From: Bacillales bacterium UBA7278
GTDB lineage: Bacteria; Bacillota_I; Bacilli_A; RFN20; CAG-826
NCBI GenBank assembly: GCA_002472275.1
Contig: DKRQ01000019.1
Coordinates: 140,279-204,278 of the forward strand
Length of the DNA: 64,000 nucleotides
Reading direction: 5' to 3'
The notes beneath the pieces were generated by a model. That model did not search any database and was not told where the DNA came from. It saw nothing but the letters and a program-made list of their open reading frames with translations. Below, in pieces: positions 50,697 to 58,963 of this stretch. Position 1 is the first letter of the stretch. Each line of letters opens with the position of its first letter. The translations under genes were made by a program, and so were the position numbers.

Positions 50697-51644
50697 ATGT
50701 CACTATTCACTGATAAGGTCGACTTAGGGATGGCGGATTCCCGCGAACACTTGATTGAGAAGTATGTTTTCGACGTCAAGAAAGGAACCATCCAAATCCA
50801 CGTCAAACCCGGCTATGAAGCCATCATCAACGGCTACGACAAAATCGGGCCGAACCAAACCAACACCTACAACAAGAAGACGATCGGCACCACGCTCACT
50901 GCTTTCGTCTACCAGAAGGGCAGCATCGCCAAGCCGATCATCGTTCCCTTCTTCGCCGGTCAGCACACCATTTCGCTAGACGCCCATAAGACCGCCAAGG
51001 CCACGTTCGCCCTTGTCGGCACGGCCAAGATCGAGATCGATGACTACAAGGCGCTTGCTCGTTATTTCGACAGCACCGTGACCTATGCCGATGTCGAGAA
51101 AGAACTCCACGAGAACTTCAAGGACGCGTTCTCAATCCACATGACCGCAGCCGCGAAAACCTATATCTCTTCTTCCTCCACCGATGTCTCGATCCACTCG
51201 GATCTCAAAAACATCGCCAAGGCCGGTATCCAGGGCTCTTCCCTCCAGAACACCCTCATCGACATGGGCATGTCCCTTATGTCTTCCGGCATCAGCCTGA
51301 GGCTCAACCCGGTCGGCAACTCCGAGGAGATCATCGCCGCCATCAACGCCAAATTCAACGAAGCCGCCTTCGATGAATTCGACGAGGCCAAAGCCGATAA
51401 GCAGCGTCAAAGGGAAATCGAAGACAAGAAGTTGGACTACCAGCACGAAATCGACGTCATCAACGCTCAGAACACCGATACCCAGAACCGCAACAACAGC
51501 TATGCCTACTCGGGCAATGTCCCAAAGTATCCTCACGGCGCTCCCGCCGCCCCCGATACCGGCAAGAGGTTCTGCTCGCATTGCGGCAGGGAACTCGCCC
51601 CCCGCGACGAATATTGCCCGTCCTGTGGCACCAAGACCCGCTAA
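50697..51644 (+). CDS. SPFH/band-7-like (YdjI-type) protein with a C-terminal zinc ribbon
   Basis: MSLFTDK N-terminus. Beta-rich then helical SPFH-like layout. Coiled segment KADKQRQREIEDKKLDYQHEID. C-terminal CSHCG-x9-CPSCG. Internal acidic AAFDEFDE motif. Confidence 0.45.
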   Translation: MSLFTDKVDLGMADSREHLIEKYVFDVKKGTIQIHVKPGYEAIINGYDKIGPNQTNTYNKKTIGTTLTAFVYQKGSIAKPIIVPFFAGQHTISLDAHKTAKATFALVGTAKIEIDDYKALARYFDSTVTYADVEKELHENFKDAFSIHMTAAAKTYISSSSTDVSIHSDLKNIAKAGIQGSSLQNTLIDMGMSLMSSGISLRLNPVGNSEEIIAAINAKFNEAAFDEFDEAKADKQRQREIEDKKLDYQHEIDVINAQNTDTQNRNNSYAYSGNVPKYPHGAPAAPDTGKRFCSHCGRELAPRDEYCPSCGTKTR

Positions 51645-51669
51645 TCACCACCGATAAGGAGAATCAACA

Positions 51670-52635
51670 ATGGGACTTTTCAAAAGCAAAGAGCAGAAGG
51701 CCGCTGAGGCCGCTGCAAAGCAGAGGCAGCAGCAGCAAGCCGCCATCAACAAGGGTCTACAAGACAGCATGACCCCGAAAGACGATGTTACCCCCTACGC
51801 CAACGAAAAAAAGCGCAGGCAGGAAGAGCAAGCCGCGGCCCAGCACCAAGAAGCCAACCGCGACGAGATCGACGAAATCCTCAGGAACCTCTCCAGGGAA
51901 ATCTCGCTGAGCTTCCCCGACGCCGAAGACGACGCCCAGGAAATCCGCGACCTTTCCGTCAGGGTCAGGAGGATGAACCTTGGCAAGAACCAAGGTGCCA
52001 CCGACGCCATCATGACCTTCATCCGCGCCAAAGCGCAGGACATGATCGTCAAGGCCCACGCCGGCAACTACGCCGCCATCATCGGCTTCTTCGAAGAGCT
52101 TAGGAGCCTCATTAACGACGCGGAGAATCCACAAAAGGCCAAACTTATGGCCGATCCCGCCTACGTCAAGCGTCGTATCCGCGTCGCCGAGCTTTCCGCC
52201 CTCAAGGAAGACCTCCAAGGCCAGAAACAGGCTTTGTATCGCCAACGCGACAAACTCAAATCCAGGATGGAAGCCGGCCTCATTGACCAACGTGAAGCCG
52301 TCTCCAGGGTCGGCGACATCCGCGCTCAAGTCGAAGACTTGGAACGTTCCCTCCAGAACGCCCAGAGCGATTTGAGGGATGCCCAGACCGTCCTCACCGA
52401 GCAGGAGACCCAGATCCGCAACTCCGCGAAAGCCAAGGCCGAGGACATCAACGACTACACCGCGATCGCCGACCAGAAGGCCGACGCCGAGGCGCTTTCC
52501 TCCGAGAAAAACGACGTCATGTCGCAGATCCGTCAGAACAGCACCGATGTTTCGATGGATGACATGCATATGCATGCCAGCACCGGCAAGACCGAACTCA
52601 GCCAAGAACAGGTCGACAACGCCTTCGACTTCTAA
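51670..52635 (+). CDS. Long coiled-coil protein, possible PspA/ESCRT-III-superfamily member or adaptor
   Basis: MGLFKSKEQK N-terminus. Heptad-rich helices over 321 aa. C-terminal acidic peptide ELSQEQVDNAFDF. Confidence 0.35.
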   Translation: MGLFKSKEQKAAEAAAKQRQQQQAAINKGLQDSMTPKDDVTPYANEKKRRQEEQAAAQHQEANRDEIDEILRNLSREISLSFPDAEDDAQEIRDLSVRVRRMNLGKNQGATDAIMTFIRAKAQDMIVKAHAGNYAAIIGFFEELRSLINDAENPQKAKLMADPAYVKRRIRVAELSALKEDLQGQKQALYRQRDKLKSRMEAGLIDQREAVSRVGDIRAQVEDLERSLQNAQSDLRDAQTVLTEQETQIRNSAKAKAEDINDYTAIADQKADAEALSSEKNDVMSQIRQNSTDVSMDDMHMHASTGKTELSQEQVDNAFDF

Positions 52636-52649
52636 GGAGAGAGACGAAC

Positions 52650-53228
52650 ATGTTTGGTAAGAAACCCGCTCAGATGCCTAACCGCACCGACATCAACCTC
52701 AAGTTTTCGTCGAGCCTGCGCCAGTTGAAGCGCTCCATCGACCAGCTCGACCAAAAGATCGAGGCCGAAGTGGCCGCCGCGATTTCCTATAGGAAATCCG
52801 GCAACATCGACGAGGAACATCGTTCCCTCGCCAAGATCCAACGCTACCTCGCCCAGAAGATCCAAAAGGAACGTTTCTATGACAGCGTCGAAGGCGTCAA
52901 AGCCAAAATCGACGATATCCTCGACAAAGTCGAGGTTTCCCGCAACCTCTCCGAGACCTTGGGCAGCATCGGCCAACTCGTCGATTCCAAGGAACTCAAA
53001 TCCATCGTCGGCGAACTCGACACGTTCAACAAGAACTTCGCCAAGACCAACAACATGATGGACGCCTTCATGGGCTCGATGGACGCAACCGTCGGCGAAA
53101 TGAGCGTCGATCCTAGCCTCACCGCCTCCGTTCAGGCGATGGTCGGCGAAAGAATGAAGGGGTACGAGACTCGCATTGAGGAGCAGGCCGAGGCCGACCT
53201 CGATGAGAGCGCGTTCAATTTTCAATAA
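52650..53228 (+). CDS. ESCRT-III (Snf7/CHMP)-like protein 1
   Basis: 192 aa. MFGKKP N-terminus. Basic alpha1-alpha2 hairpin (LRQLKRSIDQLDQKIEAEVAAAISYRKSGNIDEEHRSLAKIQRYLAQKIQ). LSETLGSIGQLV...IVGELDTFNKNF...MMDAFMGSMD parallels CHMP alpha3-alpha5. Acidic tail EEQAEADLDESAFNFQ. Confidence 0.6.
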   Translation: MFGKKPAQMPNRTDINLKFSSSLRQLKRSIDQLDQKIEAEVAAAISYRKSGNIDEEHRSLAKIQRYLAQKIQKERFYDSVEGVKAKIDDILDKVEVSRNLSETLGSIGQLVDSKELKSIVGELDTFNKNFAKTNNMMDAFMGSMDATVGEMSVDPSLTASVQAMVGERMKGYETRIEEQAEADLDESAFNFQ

Positions 53229-54505
53229 TGGAAAGCATCAACTCCGTCAAAAACCGTTTCTTAGCCGAGAAGAAAGAGGCGGAATACCGCCTCACAGTCA
53301 AGGACTACCAAGGGGCCATGCCTCATCTAGAGAAGGCCGCCGAACTCCTTGGCGAGGTTTATCGTCGCGACATTAACGTGCAAAGGCGCGAGCAGTATAA
53401 GCGTATCCGCGAAGAACTTCGCGACAAATACGACGAGTGCAAGCAGGAACTAGGCATGGCGCCTTCCTCCTCTTCCAAGCCCCGTCAGAGCACCCAGCGT
53501 CCCGCTGGCCCCCGTCCCGCCGCTGGCGGTGCCTCCCAAGCCAAGGGCGGCGCGCCCGCAAAAGGCGGCGACCAGAAGGGCAAAGGCAAGCAAGCCGAGG
53601 AAGACGATGGCATCAACTACGTCGTCAACGGCATCGACCTGAAGCAATTCCTCGCTTCCGAATCCCGTGAGAAAGATGTCATGTTCGACGACGTCATCGG
53701 CATGGAGAGGGAGAAGCGCACGGTCAAAGGCGAACTGTTCCTCTCAGAGGAAGAGAAAGCCTACAAAGCCCAAATCGGCCTCAAGAACAAGAACTTCATC
53801 CTCCTCTATGGTCTTCCCGGCACCGGTAAGACCTACTTCGCGATGGCCCTTTCCAATGAGCTCCGCGAATTCTCGGGCGAGGACATCCCGTTCTTCTCCG
53901 TCGTGTGCACGCATTTGAAATCGTCCCACGTCGGCCAAACCGAGAACAACATCATCGCCCTCTTCGAGTTCACGAAGCAGTTCGACCGTTGCGTCCTCTT
54001 CATGGACGAATTCGACGCGATCGGTCAATCCAGACAGAAGAACTCGGGCGACCCGACCGCCGTCACGGTTGTCAACACGTTGCTCACCCAACTCGGTGGC
54101 TTCGATTCCAACCCGAACCTCCTCTTCATCGCCGCGACCAACTGCCCCTATAACCTAGACGGTGCGTTGCTCTCCCGCGCCTCCCCCAAGATCGAGGTGC
54201 CTCTTCCCGGCGCCGAGGTCCTCTATGGGACTCTTAAGAGGAAGTTAGGGGATCTAGTCGCCCCCGACGTCGACCTCTCCGCGGTGGCCAACAGGCTTGC
54301 CAAAAGCAAGTTCTCCAACCGCGACGCCTCCAACCTGATCGACGAAATCAAGAGGAAGCTATTCGAAGCCCATAGGGCGGACGATATGATCGACAAAGTC
54401 GATACCTCGATGATCACCACCGCGCTGAAGGAGGTTAAGTCCTCCGTCAAGCGCGATGAGGAAATCGCCTTGGAGGAATTCAAGGCGCAATTTGCAGAAA
54501 ACTGA
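53228..54505 (+). CDS. Vps4-like MIT-linker-AAA+ ATPase, paralog 1 (degenerate arginine-finger region)
   Basis: Helical N-domain (KDYQGAMPHLEKAAELLGEVY). G/P/K/A-rich linker. Walker A GLPGTGKT, Walker B LFMDEFD, sensor-1 AATNCPYNLD. The SRH region reads LLSRASPKIEV. Confidence 0.6.
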   Translation: MESINSVKNRFLAEKKEAEYRLTVKDYQGAMPHLEKAAELLGEVYRRDINVQRREQYKRIREELRDKYDECKQELGMAPSSSSKPRQSTQRPAGPRPAAGGASQAKGGAPAKGGDQKGKGKQAEEDDGINYVVNGIDLKQFLASESREKDVMFDDVIGMEREKRTVKGELFLSEEEKAYKAQIGLKNKNFILLYGLPGTGKTYFAMALSNELREFSGEDIPFFSVVCTHLKSSHVGQTENNIIALFEFTKQFDRCVLFMDEFDAIGQSRQKNSGDPTAVTVVNTLLTQLGGFDSNPNLLFIAATNCPYNLDGALLSRASPKIEVPLPGAEVLYGTLKRKLGDLVAPDVDLSAVANRLAKSKFSNRDASNLIDEIKRKLFEAHRADDMIDKVDTSMITTALKEVKSSVKRDEEIALEEFKAQFAEN

Positions 54506-54526
54506 TATCAATAAGGAGATATAACC

Positions 54527-55114
54527 ATGAACGACATCAAACGCCGCATGAAGATGATGGAAGAGAAGCAGCAAGCCAAAGACATCATCAAGCAATTCGA
54601 TTCCGTCATCGTCAATTTGGACAATGGCATCGCCAAGTGCCGCGAGAAGGCCAAGGAAGCCTTGGTCAAGCGCAACGACATGGCCGGTTTCAAGATGTTC
54701 GGCCGTTCCATGAAGTACTACCAGAACATGAAGAACTCGATCGAGGCCATCAAGTGCCAGTTCGAGAACTACCTGATCCAAGTCGAGGTCGCCAACACCT
54801 TCGTCGGTTTGAAGGACGTCCTTGGCAAAACCGCCAAGATGATGGACTCCATGCCCTCTTTGCAGAAGAACAACCGCGACTTCATGAAGTTCAAGAAGTC
54901 CATCATGAAAGGCCAGCTCTCCATGGATTCCATCAACTCCATGATGAGCAACCTGGATCCCTCCGCGGATTCCGAACTCACCCCCGCCGAACTCGACAGC
55001 CTCAAGGACGAGATCCTCATGACCTCCGGCGCGAGCCAGACCACGATCGGCGCGACCGAAGGCGACAAGGCCTCCCAGTCCTCGGGCGACTTCTTCTCCG
55101 AACTCGACATCTAA
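54527..55114 (+). CDS. ESCRT-III (Snf7/CHMP)-like protein 2
   Basis: 195 aa. KAKEALVKRNDMAGFKMFGRSMKYYQNMKNSIEAIKCQFEN...GLKDVLGKTAKMMDSM...MKFKKSIMKG...MDSINSMMSNL. Acidic tail GDFFSELDI. Confidence 0.55.
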   Translation: MNDIKRRMKMMEEKQQAKDIIKQFDSVIVNLDNGIAKCREKAKEALVKRNDMAGFKMFGRSMKYYQNMKNSIEAIKCQFENYLIQVEVANTFVGLKDVLGKTAKMMDSMPSLQKNNRDFMKFKKSIMKGQLSMDSINSMMSNLDPSADSELTPAELDSLKDEILMTSGASQTTIGATEGDKASQSSGDFFSELDI

Positions 55115-55123
55115 TCCAAAACC

Positions 55124-56308
55124 ATGGCCTTTGATTACCCGGGGAAAAATAGAGCCTACGAAGCGGCCCTTCAAAGAACGAAGGAATGCCTTTCTAACGG
55201 CGACGTCGAAAACGGCACCCTCTACCTAGACAAAGCGATTACCCTGTCCGCCGAGCTCGCCGCAAACGCGGCGATCCCGGAGTTTCAGGCGCGCTTCAAA
55301 AAGGAGAACGCCCAGCTCCTCAAAATCAAGGGCATGCTCGGCAAGGGCGAGAACCCCTTCCGGAAGAAAGCCACCGTTTCTAACGGAGACGGGGCAAAAG
55401 GAGGGGATGGCAAAGCCCAAAAGCCCGAGGAAGGGGAAAACGTCAGCGGCTTCTTCTCCACGGAGATCCCGACGACCACCCTCGCCGACGTCGCGGGCCT
55501 AGAGGAGGTCAAGGAGCAGATTCGCATCAACGTCTTGCTCCCTCTAAAGGACCCCGAGGTTTTCTATAACTATAAAAAGGACGCAGGTGCGCGAATCATC
55601 ATGTACGGCCCGCCGGGATGTGGCAAAAGCTTCGTCGCCGAAGCGATCGCCGGCGAGCTCAAGTGCCATTACGCGGTCATCACCTCCGACCAAATCCTCG
55701 ACAAGTATGTAGGCGTCGCCTCCAAAAGGATCAAGGCCGTCTTCGACGAAGCCGAGAAATACGACAACGTCCTTCTCTTCTTCGACGAAATCGACGCGCT
55801 TTGCGCTTCCCGCGACTCCGACGATTCCGCTCACACGAAGGACATTTTGACGACCTTCCTCACCTGCATGTCGGGTTTCAAACCCAAAGACAAATCCTTG
55901 AAGGTCATCATCGGCGCGACCAACAGGCCGTGGGCGATCGACTCCGCTTTGGTCCGTGGCCAGCGTTTGGACACCGCGATCTACGTCCGCCTGCCCGACC
56001 GCAAGGCCAGGGAATTCTTCGTGAAGAAGGAGTGGGAGAAGTTCGCCAACATCTACGAAGGCAGCGACCTCACGATGGATTACGCGATCGACGCCCTCGA
56101 TGGGTTCTCCGGCGCGGATATCAAGACGATCCTCGACCAAGCAAAGACCAAGACATTGACCCGTGTTTTGCAGGACAATTTGCCAAAAGGGCAATATTAC
56201 AAGGTGTCCAAGGCGGATTTCGACTCCGCTTTGGCGGCCCACCATAACCCCGTCACCGCCGAAATGCTACTTAGATACGAAGCCTTCGGGAAAGGAATGA
56301 CCGAATGA
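55124..56308 (+). CDS. Vps4-like MIT-linker-AAA+ ATPase, paralog 2
   Basis: Helical N-domain (LSNGDVENGTLYLDKAITLSAELA). G/K-rich linker. Walker A GPPGCGKS, pore loop KYVG, Walker B LLFFDEID, sensor-1 GATNRPWAID (compare Vps4 GATNIPWQLD). Confidence 0.65.
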   Translation: MAFDYPGKNRAYEAALQRTKECLSNGDVENGTLYLDKAITLSAELAANAAIPEFQARFKKENAQLLKIKGMLGKGENPFRKKATVSNGDGAKGGDGKAQKPEEGENVSGFFSTEIPTTTLADVAGLEEVKEQIRINVLLPLKDPEVFYNYKKDAGARIIMYGPPGCGKSFVAEAIAGELKCHYAVITSDQILDKYVGVASKRIKAVFDEAEKYDNVLLFFDEIDALCASRDSDDSAHTKDILTTFLTCMSGFKPKDKSLKVIIGATNRPWAIDSALVRGQRLDTAIYVRLPDRKAREFFVKKEWEKFANIYEGSDLTMDYAIDALDGFSGADIKTILDQAKTKTLTRVLQDNLPKGQYYKVSKADFDSALAAHHNPVTAEMLLRYEAFGKGMTE

Positions 56309-57876
56309 TCAACAACGCAGACATCCTCCGCGAAGCCAAAGCCGCGATCGTCCGTGGCGATTACCGCACCGCGACCAAGCACATCGAAAAACTGATGACC
56401 CTTCTCAAGTTCGACTTTGAGAACGGCATCGACCGTGAGAAGAATGGCAGGGCCTTCAACGCCCTGGCCAAAGTCAGGAGGGAACTGATTGCCGGAAGTC
56501 TCAGCGAGTCTTCCTATGCCCTTTTGAAGATCCCTTCCCCGAAGCCGAAATACGAGGCCCCCTCCGCGCCGAAGCCCGCGGCCCCCAAAGAGGATCCCTT
56601 CGCCGGCTATAATCCCGACGCGAAGCCGATCGGCGGAAAACCTGCTCCCGCGCCAAAACCAGAACCCAAGCCGGAGCCCAAGGACGAAGAACCCGAAAAG
56701 CTCTCCCCCGAGGACGCCGCGCTTGCAGCCAAACCCGAAACCCAGTTCCACTGGGATGAGATCCCGACCGTCACCTTTGAGGACATCGCGGGCCTAGACG
56801 AATGCAAAGCCCTCGTCGAAAGGAAGGTTTTGCTTCCCTTGCTCCACCCCGAGATGCTAGAAGGCTACGTCGCCGGCGGCGGCGGAGGCGTTTGCCTCTA
56901 TGGCCCTCCGGGCACCGGCAAAACCATGATCTCCGCGGCCATCGCCAACAGGATCAACGCTAAATTCTGCTCCATCACCCCCTCCGATTTGCTTCAGCAG
57001 GGGTTAGGCAACACCGAGAAGGCCGTCAAAGCCCTCTTTGCGGAAGCCCGTTCCTATCCCTGCGCGGTCATCTATTTCGACGAAATGGACTCAATCGCCC
57101 CGAAGAACACCAAATCGACCGCGGCCAGGCAACTTCGTTCCGAGTTCCTCGCCCAACTTCAAGGCGTTTCTAGCTATGGCAAGAAGAGCAAGAACATCCT
57201 CTTCCTCATCTGCGCGACCAACAAACCATGGGATATCGATTCCGCCTTCTTACGTCCGGGCCGTTTCGGCACGAAGATCTACGTCGGCTTGCCCGATGAC
57301 GCGGCGAGGCGTTACATCATCACCCACCGTTTGGACAAGATCAAATCCAAGCGCACCGTCGAGATCAGGCCCGACATCGACATCGACATGATCGTCGAGA
57401 AGACGAACGGCTTCAACTGCGCCGACGTCTCGAACTTCCTCAATTCCGTCGAGGAGGTATCCCTTGTCCGTGCGATGAAGACCGGCGAGAAATACATCGC
57501 CAACCACGACTTTGTCCTCGTTCTTAAGAAAGCCGTCTCCTCCGTCCAGGCCGACGACATCATCAAACTCGATGCCTGGCGTAAGGAAAACGATGCGCCG
57601 ATTAGCTTCGATGACGACGAACTTGCCGGCAAACCCAAGGAAGAACCGGCCCCGACCGAACCCGCGGCACCCGCTCCTGAGCCAGCGCCTGCCCCTGCAC
57701 CCGCTCCGGCATCCGAGCCCGCCCCCGAACCTGCACCAGCACCCGAACCGGCCCCGGCACCTGAGCCTGCTCCAAGTGGAGAACCCGCCGCCCCGACGGA
57801 GGGCGATTCCTCATCTTCCGCGTTCGACGATTTCCTCTCCGGAATCGACGATTCGCTACCAAAAGACGGCGAATAA
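56305..57876 (+). CDS. Vps4-like MIT-linker-AAA+ ATPase, paralog 3, with a (PAPE)n tail
   Basis: Helical N-domain (IVRGDYRTATKHIEKLMTLL). P/K/A linker. Walker A GPPGTGKT, Walker B IYFDEMD, CATNKPWDID, canonical FLRPGRFG. C-terminal ~50-aa Pro/Ala/Glu repeat ending SSAFDDFLSGIDD. ATGA overlap with paralog 2. Confidence 0.65.
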   Translation: MINNADILREAKAAIVRGDYRTATKHIEKLMTLLKFDFENGIDREKNGRAFNALAKVRRELIAGSLSESSYALLKIPSPKPKYEAPSAPKPAAPKEDPFAGYNPDAKPIGGKPAPAPKPEPKPEPKDEEPEKLSPEDAALAAKPETQFHWDEIPTVTFEDIAGLDECKALVERKVLLPLLHPEMLEGYVAGGGGGVCLYGPPGTGKTMISAAIANRINAKFCSITPSDLLQQGLGNTEKAVKALFAEARSYPCAVIYFDEMDSIAPKNTKSTAARQLRSEFLAQLQGVSSYGKKSKNILFLICATNKPWDIDSAFLRPGRFGTKIYVGLPDDAARRYIITHRLDKIKSKRTVEIRPDIDIDMIVEKTNGFNCADVSNFLNSVEEVSLVRAMKTGEKYIANHDFVLVLKKAVSSVQADDIIKLDAWRKENDAPISFDDDELAGKPKEEPAPTEPAAPAPEPAPAPAPAPASEPAPEPAPAPEPAPAPEPAPSGEPAAPTEGDSSSSAFDDFLSGIDDSLPKDGE

Positions 57877-57941
57877 GCGGGAAATCGCCGCAAAACCATT
57901 AGATTTCCTAAATTGCGATACCCAAGAAAGGAGTAGCGATC

Positions 57942-58889
57942 ATGAAAGAAAAACCCGAAATCTGCCCCGTTTGCAAAGGAAGGCTCTTCCTCACCAATCG
58001 CGACGGGACCAAGACCTGCGCGAGCTGCGGTCATACCCTAGGCACCCCATCCGCGCATGGCGGACGTTCCGCTGCCGCCCCCGTCAGGCCCTCTCCCTCC
58101 AAGACGGAGAAGTGTCCTTCCTGTGGCTCCGTGGCCAACTACGTCAGTACCGACGCCGACGGCAAGGAGATCTACGCTTGCTCCTTCTGCGGCTCGAAGT
58201 TCACCCCTAAGCCGCGCGTCGAGGCCAAACCCAAAGAACCAGAACCCGAAAAACCCGCGGCCCCCCTCAAAGACGAGCTAGACGGCAGGGAAATCTTCGC
58301 CCTTGCCAAAGCCAATACGGTCGAGATCTTCTGCCGCAGTGGCTCCGGCGCCTCGGCGGGATCCGGCTTCTTCATCGCCGATAACTTCGTGATGACCAAC
58401 GCCCACGTCGTCTTCGATGACTTCGGCGGGGCAAACCCGACCCCGTCCTCCTACATCGCCGTTTGCTTCAAAGGAGGCAAGCAACATGGCGCGGAAATCC
58501 TCGCGGCCAACCTCGACGAGGACATGGCGATCCTAGCGACTGACCTCTCTTGCTCCGCCATCGCCGAAATCGCGAAGGAGATGCCCGAGACCGGCGAGAC
58601 CATCTACGCGGTCGGCAACTCTGCGGGACAAGGCATGTGCATCATGGAAGGACTCGTGGCCGACCAACTCCGCGAGATCGCCGACAACGACTACATGATG
58701 ATCTCCGCGAACATCGTCGGCGGCAACTCCGGCGGCCCGATCTTCAATAAGCACGGCAAAGTCGTCGGCATCGTCACCCTCGGTTCCAACGAGGCGGTCG
58801 CGATGAACTATGGCATCCCCGTTCCCCGCATCGAGAGATTCATCAAGTCGGTGGAACAAAAAGTCGGCAAGAAATTCGCCCGTAAGTAA
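57942..58889 (+). CDS. Double zinc-ribbon / trypsin-like (S1C, HtrA-type core, no PDZ) serine protease
   Basis: CPVCKG-x12-CASCGH and CPSCGS-x16-CSFCGS. Triad contexts MTNAHVV, DMAILA, GNSGGPIFN. Confidence 0.7.
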   Translation: MKEKPEICPVCKGRLFLTNRDGTKTCASCGHTLGTPSAHGGRSAAAPVRPSPSKTEKCPSCGSVANYVSTDADGKEIYACSFCGSKFTPKPRVEAKPKEPEPEKPAAPLKDELDGREIFALAKANTVEIFCRSGSGASAGSGFFIADNFVMTNAHVVFDDFGGANPTPSSYIAVCFKGGKQHGAEILAANLDEDMAILATDLSCSAIAEIAKEMPETGETIYAVGNSAGQGMCIMEGLVADQLREIADNDYMMISANIVGGNSGGPIFNKHGKVVGIVTLGSNEAVAMNYGIPVPRIERFIKSVEQKVGKKFARK

Positions 58890-58900
58890 ACAAGGAATGA

Positions 58901-58930
58901 ACCGGTAGGGGCTCCCTATCGGTTTTTCTT
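58901..58930 (+). terminator. Rho-independent terminator after the protease gene
   Basis: accggtagg / loop ggctc / cctatcggt, followed by ttttctt. Confidence 0.7.
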
Positions 58931-58963
58931 AATGTTCGCGTGCAAACGCGATAAAGTAATTCC

